Assembly: GCA_000934665.2 (NCBI GenBank)
Contig: JYFJ02004246.1
Location: forward strand, 1 to 33,645
Direction of reading: 5' to 3'
Source: Catajapyx aquilonaris
Lineage: Eukaryota
Length of the DNA: 33,645 bases
Part shown: positions 22,935 through 33,645 of the stretch, in pieces
How positions within the stretch are numbered: the stretch's first letter is position 1
Layout: every line of letters begins with the position of its first letter
Made by a program: the position numbers and the translations under genes
Notes under the pieces: model-generated
Databases searched by the model: none
What the model saw: the letters and a program-made list of their open reading frames with translations, nothing else
Told to the model about the DNA's origin: nothing

Positions 22935-25900
22935 ATCTTATTATTTTACCTTTTTTCTTGTTTTCTCTTTCTTTTCTGCCTTTCTCCTCCACCACTGCCA
23001 GGGAGAAAAAAAATGCATGCACAGCCACCTTTTAGTTTGTGCATTACAGTGCCATGCACATCTCTACCACTTATCTCTTACCCGGCATGCAAAACCTTTC
23101 CTCCAACAAGCTTTCACCTCTAAACCACTCACATATAATAATAAAAGACACTTTACGGACTATAACCTACATGAACTGTTACTAGTTACATATGGGCTGG
23201 AGAAGCATTAAATAACTGAAAACAACTAATAATTAGGTCTTCATAGGCTAATAGTAGTAGAAAAAAATTAATGATATGCAAATCATTTCAATTTATATTT
23301 TTCTCTCTTTAAAAGTCAAATGCTTGCAAATAACATGTCCCTTACTTCACTTGCCAAAATGATAGTTTTGTAATTCGTCTCCATGTTTGCTAGACAATGT
23401 GGTGAACACTCAAGCGTTGCCACGAGTTTTGCACATGTCACTGCAGCTGCTAAACTAATGTAGCAGCTGCTTTAACACCAAGGTAATCTGGCTTGCAGTT
23501 TCATTCTCAGCACTTCTTATACATTATATCCTTAATACAATAATCCAACCACCCATCAACAGTTCATACATTATTAATGAGCACTTCATTCCAAATGCGG
23601 TAGGTTATGACACGTGCATATATATATCGTCCATAACATTTGACTTGTTAAGAAGCTACTGTACATGCAATTTTTGCCCTCCCTCATTGAATATGGCAAT
23701 GGAACAAAAATTACACTTTCTTTTTAACAGTCACAAAGTTCTAGCTTACACCAGTGCCCTGCATAACCAGGAAAGTATCAATGTCACATGACACTTACCT
23801 AGGTGACAAAAAAAGTGGGCGAATCAGGTGGAGTCAAGTACAAGGTATGTTGTGAAAAGAAGATAGCAGCTATCATGTATACTCCTGCACGTTCAATATC
23901 TGATGACAACACACTGATAGGTAACAATTAATGCAACCAGGAATTATACGGGATCAAAGTGGAGTATCTCTTCACCTCACTTCACTTCCCTCGAGACTAA
24001 TGTTACAGACAGATCAGGAAATGTGAAGAGGTCCAGAAGCTTCATCACCAAATGACTTGTGATTGGATGCCATAAAAATGACACATGAGACTGACTGTCT
24101 GCTTTGGAATATATTGGTCAACAGACAGTTTTTGTGCAACCTTAGATCCTTTGCTGCCTGAACCGAAATTGATAAGGATTCACATCAAAAGCATGTGGAC
24201 ATGACCTTGCCCTCATACCAACACTCTCAAAGGCAGACAAAAAAAAGGATATCAGTTTTTATGTAATCAAAGTTCATAATTGGACTTTGAGGCATGCCAC
24301 AACACTTCATCATTAAGATAGAGAGCCAGTGTTTGGTAATATTTGATGGCCTTTAATAAGAAAAAATTGAATCATTATTTGTTAAAAAGTAGGGCAAGAG
24401 TAAAGGTCAGCTCCTGATTAACTTTTATTCTGCAATTGTCAGTCATCAGCTTTTGCTGTTGACTGATAAGAGCGACCCTCCCATAAATGACTCACCATCC
24501 ACTCAAAAGCTTATCAGGGGCAGACAAATGTTTCAAACATACAACCACAATTTGATTTCTTTTGTTGACTTCACAAGCAACCAGACAGTGATGCCACACT
24601 TATTGAACTGAGCAATCGTCACACATCAATTGTTTAATCACATCATTAAAAATGCTGGGGGGCCAAAATATTATCCTGTCACACAAATGATATGACAAAG
24701 AACCAAAAAACATGTTGACTCAAATGCAAAACATTTTCAACATATAATTTTCATGATAAGTTCTCATGTGACTCTGAGGTCATAAAAATGTACAGGAATG
24801 GTGGCAGAATTTCAATTTTTCTCATCCTACAATCATTTTACATTACAGTGTAATCCACAGACCAAATCTAGGGACGACACATTTTAATGCACTTTATTTG
24901 TATCAATCTCAACAAGATATGATGACAGAATTTTCACTATTATTACTTGCAGATAAAAATGAGTTGTCATCATTACTCTACATTTTCTAAAAATGAACAA
25001 TTCATCCTTCAAGGATGCTACTATATTAATTCACTTTAAATAACATTGAGAATGAATTCTCATTTAATTTGAACCACAATCATGACAAAGTACCAACAGT
25101 GTCATATATTCACACAGTGAAAGTGATAATTACACCTGGCAGAATAGCTAATTGAGGGGTTAAACTGGTTAAAAGGTCATAATATTTCAGTGAACAGTGT
25201 TGTGCAATTGAACATTATGGTGGAGGTCATGCCCATTCTGGGCTCACTAGTCACAAGTTAGAACTTGTGGCTAAAACATGATTACTCCAGTAGAAGACCT
25301 TCGGCCTACTCTGCATGGCCACATCATTATGACGTTAGTAGTGTACGTAGCAAAAAAACTTGCCCTGAGGCAAAACTGTGTAATATTTGGTTAAATACTT
25401 AAATAGGCAAGAAAATCTACTCCACTTGAATCTAAAACATTTGAACATTTGTGCAACTAGCCTGAAACTTTATTCATAATGTTGCAGCATTTTTCATAAA
25501 AATATGAGGGGTGTGTGATCCGGAATTTTCATTGCAGTGCTCATTAATTAATGATTACAAAGTTTCAGCTATAACTCACAGCAAAATTAAATTAGCATGC
25601 AGATGTCAAGACTGTCTGTAGCTGTACTAGCCATAAAATTTATGACTTGAGAGCTCAACTTAAGATGATAAACGGCAATAAAGTTTGCAACCTTTGGCCC
25701 AGTATGAAGCAAACAGACAGAAAAAAACTTTAAATGCTGCCATTACTGACACCTAAGAAGATCTCTCATAGTTATAAATTTTTTTTTGAAGGGTGCTGGT
25801 TAGATTTGTTATGTTAAACCCTTTGAGGCCTACAATTATCATATGATTATCTGCAAGTTTTTGAACTGGGTGCGCTCGAGTTTAGACAGAAATGGTGCAC

Positions 25901-26116
25901 TTTGAGGCTCAAACTGCTCCTACCACCTCGGGGAAGGGGGCTCAACTACCATGGCGTATCCTAATCAGTTTTCCCACTTCCCAGCGTGAGCTAAACATAA
26001 CCCCTCCCACGGCGTTAGAATAGGGTGTCCCGTAAGTCTGGACTCGTAGGAATTTCTCACAGTACAGTGATTTAGTATTATTTTGTAACCATAGCAACAA
26101 TTTTATAGTGACTTTA

Positions 26117-27237
26117 GGGCCGATTTCTCGAACAGTGGTTCAAATGTAAACAAGGTTCAAGTCCTGTTTGAACCCAGTTCAGAGAAATTTCCATTTCTCG
26201 AGGCAAAAGTAAACCATGGATACGGTTTAAACTCGGTTCACATCTGACGGCCCGATTGCCGGCCGTTATCTGAAATAAACCGGGTTTGGAATGCCGGGAA
26301 CAACAATGAAAGGTGTCATTTTTTGACTAGTTGCCGACGTTTTTATGGCACTTTTCGGACGCCAAAAAATTCCCCCTGTGAACCCTGCATAGTGCACATC
26401 TTTGTCTATCTAATGATATATTTGAAACTTATAAATCACAACTATGTGTAATCATAATTAAGTTAATTGCACACCTCAGTTATCTCGGCCGTTTCTCATC
26501 CGAATTACTTCGCGAATGTATCGACGGCAAGCCAGAAATGTGCGTGATAAAATTACATTGTGCTCTATTACACTGAAATTTTTAAAAGTATTGTTTTAGT
26601 AAGTTTAATAGACAAGTACTCAGCCCGATTTCTGGAGGGAATAGACGGCGATACTTTTAAATACGTTTAAAAATTTTAGTGTAGTACTATGTAATTTTAT
26701 CACGCACATTTCTGGCTTGCCGTCGATACATTCTCGAAGTAATTCGGATTATAAACGGCCGAGATAACAGAGGTGTGGAATTAACTTAATTATGATTACA
26801 CAAATGGCGATTTCCGAGTTTCAAATATATCATTAGAAAGACAAAGATTTGCACTATCCAGGGTCCACAGTGTGAATTTTTTGGCCTATGAGAAGTGTCA
26901 TAAAAAATTCATTTTGCGGCGTAACGTCGGCAACTAGTCAAAAAATGTCACTTTCAAATGCGATGTCCCTCACTCCACCTTCGAGACTTGCTGACTAGAG
27001 TTTGTTTACAAGCCGGTAAAGACTCGCGCTGAAGCTCAGACCGGTTCGGGGAAATGGGAAGGACGCGACATGTGGCAACGGCGCAATTCTAACAGAGGCT
27101 TGTTGTTCACATAGTAACCGAGGGTTTGTTTAAGCTCGAGAAATGCTCACACTCGGAAGGGGAGTTTAAACTGCATCCAGCGTGTAGACGCAAACTCAGT
27201 TCAAACTGACTTGAACCACTGTTCGAGAAATCGGCCC
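26117..27237. mobile_element. PIF/Harbinger-type non-autonomous element
   Basis: Perfect 27-bp TIRs GGGCCGATTTCTCGAACAGTGGTTCAA. 3-bp TSD TTA at 26114-26116 and 27238-27240. The empty site is visible near 13925. Confidence 0.85.
26307..26956. repeat. ~650-bp foldback inside the Harbinger-type element
   Basis: About 285-bp inverted arms, e.g. CATTTTTTGACTAGTTGCCGACGTT / AACGTCGGCAACTAGTCAAAAAATG and ATGTATCGACGGCAAGCCAGAAATGTGCGTGATAAAATTACAT with its reverse complement. Confidence 0.85.
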
Positions 27238-28029
27238 TTAAAGATTTAAATAAATTTCATTACATAAGTTAATTGCACTTTAATTTTTTTCTGGAACACC
27301 CTGTAGATGAATATTTTTGGCATTTTACATTCAAAAGGACCACCACGAGTTAAAATTATAAATATCGGAGCATATTGTTTTTCATTAATATCACTCCTAC
27401 TACAAATTTTCATCACGAAAAAAAAGGCAGAAAAAACTCCGCAGTCAAAGGCTTAAAATTATATCACCTCCCTGCACAATGATCTACTTTTTGTATACAC
27501 ACCTTAGTCAGCACAACGCAATTTACATGTTGAAAATTTGAATTTGATTTTACGAAATTTCACAAAAAGGCAAAGTATCAGAACATCCATTTTATTCACA
27601 TTCTGCAGGTGGTATTTTGCAAGAATCCCTCGGATATTTTAAAAATTAAAAGTGAAACAGTTCTCACTTTATCAGTGTTATAAACATCCTAAAAAATTGG
27701 AATTGGATGACTCATACTTGCATACAAAACAACAGTTCATTATACTTTCACTTTGTTCTGACACCAACTCAAGACAGTATGTAGCAAGATGCCTACATAT
27801 AGACTAGTAGCACCTGGTATTGTCCCACTATTAGTTTGTTTTCACTGACTTACTGGTTGTTAGTTTATCCATATGGAAGCTTAAAGGAGAAACTCACCAT
27901 ATGCAGGGAAACACTAGTAGCAAGGTAACAGCGAGACAAAGTATTAGTGTAGGCCATAAATTGGGACACAACTTGTAATTCAACACTGCCGAGGAGGGTA
28001 TCATTTACTTCAATTGCAGTAATAACTTA

Positions 28030-28155
28030 GGGCCGGTTTCACCGAGCTCGGTATATGATAAAACCAGGGTTATTTCGGAAAATCCCTACATATTTGTATG
28101 GATTTTCCTAAAGAAACCTGGTTTTATCATATACCGAGTTCGGTGAAACCGGCCC
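28030..28155. mobile_element. 126-bp near-perfect hairpin MITE, PIF/Harbinger (Tourist)-type
   Basis: GGGCCGGTTTCACCGA...TCGGTGAAACCGGCCC with TTA TSD at 28027-28029 and 28156-28158. Confidence 0.85.
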
Positions 28156-28852
28156 TTAGTCAAAAAACAAATTCACAAGTCATACATTGCATCAACAGCA
28201 GCGATACTTCAACAATGAGCAACTATAAAGTAGCCCCTCAAGTAAACTTGCAACGGCGAATCAAGGTCTGACATATGGAACGCCACAGCTCGAATGGCAA
28301 CCATGTGATCTGTCCGATTACTGACTGACAACTATTCATTTACAGAAAACCTCATAATACCACTTCATTAGCATAACTGCAAATGAGGTCAAAGTGCAGA
28401 CATAAAAATGTACGCGAATCCTACCACACACTGCCAACAATTTTATTAATTCCCTTGCACGTGTCACTCCCTGCTTAGGGGTCGTAATCCTTACATAAGT
28501 TAAATCCGGGGTCTGCATAGGTGAAAGCAATCCGCTTATCTCAAGTGTCAATGGGGAGGGAAAAAAACACACACACACATAATACATGCAACAGACACCT
28601 CACCATGCAGGACAGTTCCTCCTGCTGGAAGTCTCCAGTCCCCACCCCTCCTCCAGTCCCGTTTCCTGGATTCACATGTATGTAGCGTTGCCCTGGGGAA
28701 TTTTGGTGCTCTGTGGCAGGTCCCCTTTTGATATACAGGGCAGCGCAGCCAGATCAGATGACCATGGGTAGTTATATCGCATATAGGCTTTCGCACATAG
28801 ATGTTGGATAATGTGGACAAAAGGGTATGATATGTGATATGAATTTACACAC

Positions 28853-28930
28853 CTGAACCGGTAGGTGGACACAGACTGAGAATGTGTGTGTAACACCTGC
28901 CGTCAGATGGCGATAGAAACGATGGCGCCT
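28853..28930 (-). promoter_or_regulatory. Candidate SLC36 promoter and short non-coding first exon
   Basis: Arthropod Inr TCAGTC (28879-28874) lies 25 nt before a possible donor CAG|GTGTGT, with two CGCCATC motifs just upstream. It sits near the CpG-poor to CpG-normal transition. Confidence 0.3.
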
Positions 28931-31900
28931 GAAGTTCAAACAGGCTCCAGCTCTAGCCAATGATTCATAGTGTTTAGCAATAGTAGAAATAGAAAAATTA
29001 AAGCGTAATATTTTATTAAATTGTGCGACCAAGCAAGGTGCATGACAACAGTCCATTAAAGTTACAAACAATTTTTTTTTGCATGGTACGACGTGCTGTT
29101 TTTATTAGTATGGGCGTTTTTGGGAGGTTTTTATGTTATAAAATGCTTTCAATATGCTCATGTCAGTACCGTGCGGTGCTTCATAAGAATGTTTTGGACT
29201 TTTAGATTATTTTCGTAGTTTGGGAGCATGATTAAGGGATTGTGACTCTGCATGACTGAGACAGCATACATTCCTTAAGGGTGGACAACAAGTTTTATTT
29301 GCTTGGCTACCAAGAATATTTCTTTCGTTCATGTAGACCCATGTCATAAACCGCACAAAGGACTAGGTCGAAATCTAGAATCCCTAGATAACAGCCCCAT
29401 TATTTGATACGTGAAATTCATAAACAAGGCGGTGTACTGCCTAAGTTTTTATCGCCAATGATAGTAGGGTGAGGTCAAACCTGATGGATTACTCGCTCTA
29501 CATATATCCCCATTATATGTACCGTACTGTGTATAGGCTACTCATATTGTCGACTTATAAGGCAGTGTCGTACCACCTTGTACATTACGCCAGGAAGTGC
29601 AAAGTTTTTCTTTAAATTACCGTATTCCCATGGCACCAGTAGCAGCATAGGCACTACCTACATCTTTCCAAATCAATTAGATTTTATTATGACGTATAGG
29701 CATTCGGCACCTATTCACACACTCTCAAAAGGAGCATATGGAAATGCAACCTAATCTATTTGAGGCTACTGCTTGCAGGCCCTATTATCTGGCAAGTTTG
29801 TCGACGGGTTCATTTGCGTATTATGCAACTCATACTTGAATAATTACAAACACCATTTTACACCTGTCGTAACTGATGATTGACGCAGAGGGCAATAAAA
29901 ACGCTACATTGTTGTTGTGAAAATACAAACACTAAAATTATGCCATATTTCCATGTTAATTGACACATAGTATACTTGAAAAATAGCGACCTTGTCCTAT
30001 TCGCCAACACCATACAAATGCAGAATTTTTCCACCAATATAATTCTCTATATTACAGGACATAATTAATTAAAGAAAATGGAATTTTGAAAATTCTCACT
30101 GCCTGGCATTTTACATGTAGTCAGGAATATATATTGTACTTTTCATATGTAGCTAATGAAAGTAAAAAAAACTAAATTATACAGGCTCCTAAGCACCCTA
30201 TTATTAAATACCTTAATGCTGGACATTATTTTGCTGCAGCAATACTTTGCGACCAATCAGTTTCCTCCGCAAAAATATTGCGGAGAAAACTGATTGCAGT
30301 GTTTATCCAATATATAGTCCTAATAATAGACCTTTGACAAATCGCAGAAAACCGGTCAGTTATTCGCCAATGAGATAGTTGGAAAATTTCAAAACAAATT
30401 TCAAAACAAATATCAAATACTATACGGTTCTATATGTGAGAGTATGCATTCTGTTATATCATCTGATATTATCACCCATTTTCCCCCTCTTCGGTAGGTC
30501 TATAATGCCTCACACTGCATATAAGCATATAAGCGAATTTACAAAAGAAGTAGAACATTTTCCTTTCATCACGCGTATAAGGAAGACGATTAATATGAGG
30601 CGATAGGAAGTAGTACGAACTAATGTTACACATTCTTTGTTCTCTGCACTTCCGCAATAAAAAATTAAATATGTCCTTCAATCTTGAAGATATGGCTTGC
30701 TCAATCTGCCATGCCTTGTATGACGCGCGTATACCATTATCATTTTGAAAACAGTTTCGGCATGACGTATTTACGTTTCCCAGAAAATATGCTAACTCTA
30801 AGAAACAACATTATGCCATGTCAAAATGTAGTTTTGCTTATGTATGTGTCTTGTCATAATTTCATTGTTGTGTGCACCCATGATCGTCACAATAAGCCAT
30901 TCATGATGCTGTTTGTTCATTGATTGGTCAACAATAAGGGTTTCTCCTCGATTTTGAAGATTTATTGCCTAAACACAACATCTTCCAGAAGCCATTTCCT
31001 ATAATTTTTGTAGGGAGCGATTTTCTTTTTAGGGGCCCTTTTAGGGGGGGGGTGTCTTAAATAGTTTCTAGACATTTCGGATTACCCTCTTAAATACCAC
31101 AATTTTTCTCCTGGCCCCGGGGAGAGAAGAGAGTGCAATTCTGCCCGAACATGTCGGGTAAAAATCGGAAAAATTGTATGGAGTATAGCACAGAAAAGTT
31201 GATTTTTCTACTACGACAATACACATAACTGATTACCAGAATGTAGCCTATGAGTTTTCCAAAGGAAAATCGGAAAAAAGACAACGGTATTGGATTAGCC
31301 TACTAACTTGTTGCGGTGACAATAATTTGCCTCGGTGTAATTCGTGAAGTGTTTGTCGCGCACATTTCATATTTTATTATGTAGGAGAAAGAACCAATCC
31401 ACGACGTGTGCCAATCTCTTCTTGATTTTCTTATTATTTAAAAAGCTATGCATCTCAGATGAAAGCTGGGAGTGTAGTACAGTGTACTTTTCACACGTAG
31501 CAGGATGGTACGAAATATGTGCGACTTGCTATGACACTGTACAAAGTATGCTAAAATTCGCGTCATTTTATCCTTATTTACAAAAAATTCCTGCACAAAA
31601 TTGTAGTGACATACTCCGGAATTTCATTCAAACGCAAGCATTGCGCAGGCAATCTTATGGTATCCAAGTGTTTACTCAATAACAAAATGCTTTCCTAGCA
31701 ATTCTTCATCTATGCACAGCCCTAACAGCACAGTACAAGGGTGACTTCTGTTCTAGAAGCAGTGGTCAAACTTGAGTGTCCAAACCGCTTGTCAGTTTAC
31801 CGCCACTGGTAAAGACCCACCGTGACACACAAGTGGTTCCATCTGTCGGTCACTCCACGTCTAACAACGCACTTGCCTAGTTGCGCTTCGCTCGGTAGGT

Positions 31901-31997
31901 GCTAAAGACGTTCCACGTTTACCAGTTATCGCATATTTGGCCTCTGTCGACGCTGCATCGTCTGCCGTCATAGCCTGTCACCGTCGAAGTCGAAGTC

Positions 31998-32096
31998 ATG
32001 CCGCCTCCAACCAAGCTGAACCTGCGGTCTAAGCTGGACGACAATGAGCTGGACTTAAGCATGATGGAACTCACAGAGGTGCCCGTAAAGGAAATT
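31998..32096 (+). CDS. LRRC59: Leucine-rich repeat-containing protein 59, coding exon 1
   Basis: MPPPTKLNLRSKLDDNELDLSMMELTEVPVKEI resembles the LRRC59 N-terminus ([26 protein letters not shown], from memory). Donor GTAAGA, phase 0. Confidence 0.92.
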
Positions 32097-32947
32097 GTAA
32101 GAATACCTGTTCGTAGAACGCTTGGTGCGTGTAGTTTGGTTGTGTCTACTGGTAGCTGGTACCGTCGTACCAAGGGCTGATGTTGTATCGGTGCATAAGT
32201 GCCTGATTGACACATTGGAGTTCTGATTTGCATGTAGTAAGCTGGAGAAGTTTAGAAGGCTTGACCTTGCAGTATCCTAATCTCAGTAAAATTTAGTGAC
32301 CACATAGTAGCCTACATTATGGAGGTCCCCAGAAAGTGATGGTGTTATGCCTGAGGGCGTTTTGCATGCCTACATTATTAGTCACTGTGTGATTTTCTTA
32401 TGTAATATAATGAGTCGGTGTCTTATAGACTTTAATTGAGCTTGATGACAGCTTCCTCGAGTGGGATTGTTGCGCAACAGAAGTTAATTAAATTGTTTCC
32501 TCTCGAAACATAGTGTGCATAAGTAATGTTCAGTAGTTGGCTGCAATTTCTCACAGTTCTATCCTGCAAATTGTTATAATTGAAGTTATTATGTGCACCG
32601 AGGGGCAGAGCTGAGGGAATGCATTTAATTAAGAGTATGTCCGGCGTACACTTTCCCGCTGTACCAAAGTGTTTGTGTGGGTTTTTCTGTTTCATCCCAC
32701 TTGCCAAAAACCCCTTATTCCTCTTCCCACACCTCATGGGCTTATTTACTGTGGCTACCCCAATCAATCAATGTTCCAGTCTCGTTATGTACTTTTATCC
32801 ACAGGTTTAGGGGAAGTTCGTATCTTTTTCAGTAGATTACGCCCAATTTCCATTCAGTCCCACACAGTAAAATAAGATTACCTTACTTTAATGCATTGCA
32901 TAATAATGCAAGGATATATTATTTATTACTTCTTTTGAACTTTCTAG

Positions 32948-33645
32948 GCTGCCATCCCAAAAGCATCTTTCCTGGATCTTTCAAACAACCGTTTGATGTC
33001 CCTGGGATCCACCTTTGCACCCATCCTTGCTCAGCAGCTGGTGAAGCTTGACCTTAGCAAGAACACCCTTCGTGACCTTCCTGACAACTTTGGAGACCTC
33101 CGTTCTCTACGCCATCTGGATTTAGATAGCAACCGAATTGAACGTCTGCCACTCAGCTTCAGTCGCCTTGTCAATCTTCGCTGGCTGGACCTCAAGAGTA
33201 ATCCTCTAGTGCCTCCTCTCAGGGAAAAAGCAGGTGACTGCCTGGATGCAGGGCAGTGTCAGCGATGTGCACGAGATGTAGTTGCATTCCTGCAGACAAT
33301 GCAACTGTCGTACGACCAGCGCCTGGAGGAGTTACTTCGGGAGCATTCAGAGATGGCAGCAGCAGAAGTGGCAGCCGCCATGGTTCCAAATCAGCCGAAA
33401 CCTAAGCCGAAGCAGCGGAAGAGCAAGAAGAAGAAGTCGGGCAATGCTGATGACCTGAAACAGCACCACAATGGCAACACAGCAGATGGTTCCGATACCC
33501 CAGATCAATGTGATGTTCCAGCTACTCGTAGTTTTGCTTACACCACTGGGAAGGGCAAAAACAAGCCAACCAAAAAGCCGGTGCCACCCAACTCACTGCA
33601 ATTAACAACTCCTCCTCCTGCCTCCTCATGGCTGCGTTCATTTCT
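32948..33645 (+). CDS. LRRC59: LRRC59 coding exon 2 (runs off the window)
   Basis: Acceptor TTTCTAG. AAIPKASFLDLSNN...LVKLDLSKNTLRDLPDNFGDL...LRWLDLKSNPLVPPLREKAGDCLDAGQCQRCARDVV, i.e. LRRs plus the GDCLD..QC..CA cap, followed by a Lys-rich linker. Open to the window end. Confidence 0.95.

Larger units (their letters stand above)
25818..27452. mobile_element. piggyBac-like non-autonomous element interrupted by a Harbinger-type element
   Basis: Ends TTAA|ACCCTTTGA and TCAAAGGC|TTAA. Homologous to 13661-14155 outside the insert. Confidence 0.6.

Noticed and set aside
27848..27900. Two minus-strand donor-like sites (ACCA|GTAAGT and ATG|GTGAGT)
   Set aside because: They could be 5' UTR exon donors, but no acceptor or TSS can be tied to them without transcript data.
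30254..30296. 43-bp hairpin CAATCAGTTTCCTCCGCAA / TTGCGGAGAAAACTGATTG
   Set aside because: Real but short, with no TSD or second copy; probably the core of an old repeat.

Overview
Eukaryotic (most likely arthropod) genomic DNA with two divergently oriented genes and introns densely filled with transposons. Minus strand: a multi-exon SLC36 proton-coupled amino acid transporter (pathetic/CG13384-like). Five core coding exons lie at 17180-17359, 15655-15805, 9298-9529, 7535-7970 and 5795-5967, all with GT-AG sites and matching phases. The C-terminal exon(s) are not found and presumably lie left of the window. Three further phase-compatible 5' exons (22887-22934, 21321-21427, 18011-18033) suggest two alternative N-termini, one carrying YxxPhi and dileucine sorting motifs. 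Plus strand: LRRC59 (exon 1 at 31998-32096, exon 2 from 32948 to the window end). The introns hold three tRNA-SINE families (one with a V-domain), decayed Tigger and mariner elements, and hAT, Tc1/mariner, PIF/Harbinger and piggyBac-like MITEs, often nested. The most striking element is a 764-bp Transib-like insertion (8150-8913) with a perfect RSS heptamer at both ends and a 5-bp TSD; its left end has a 23-bp spacer followed by a nonamer-like motif. No wholly new gene system is evident. All calls are by eye, with no database searches.
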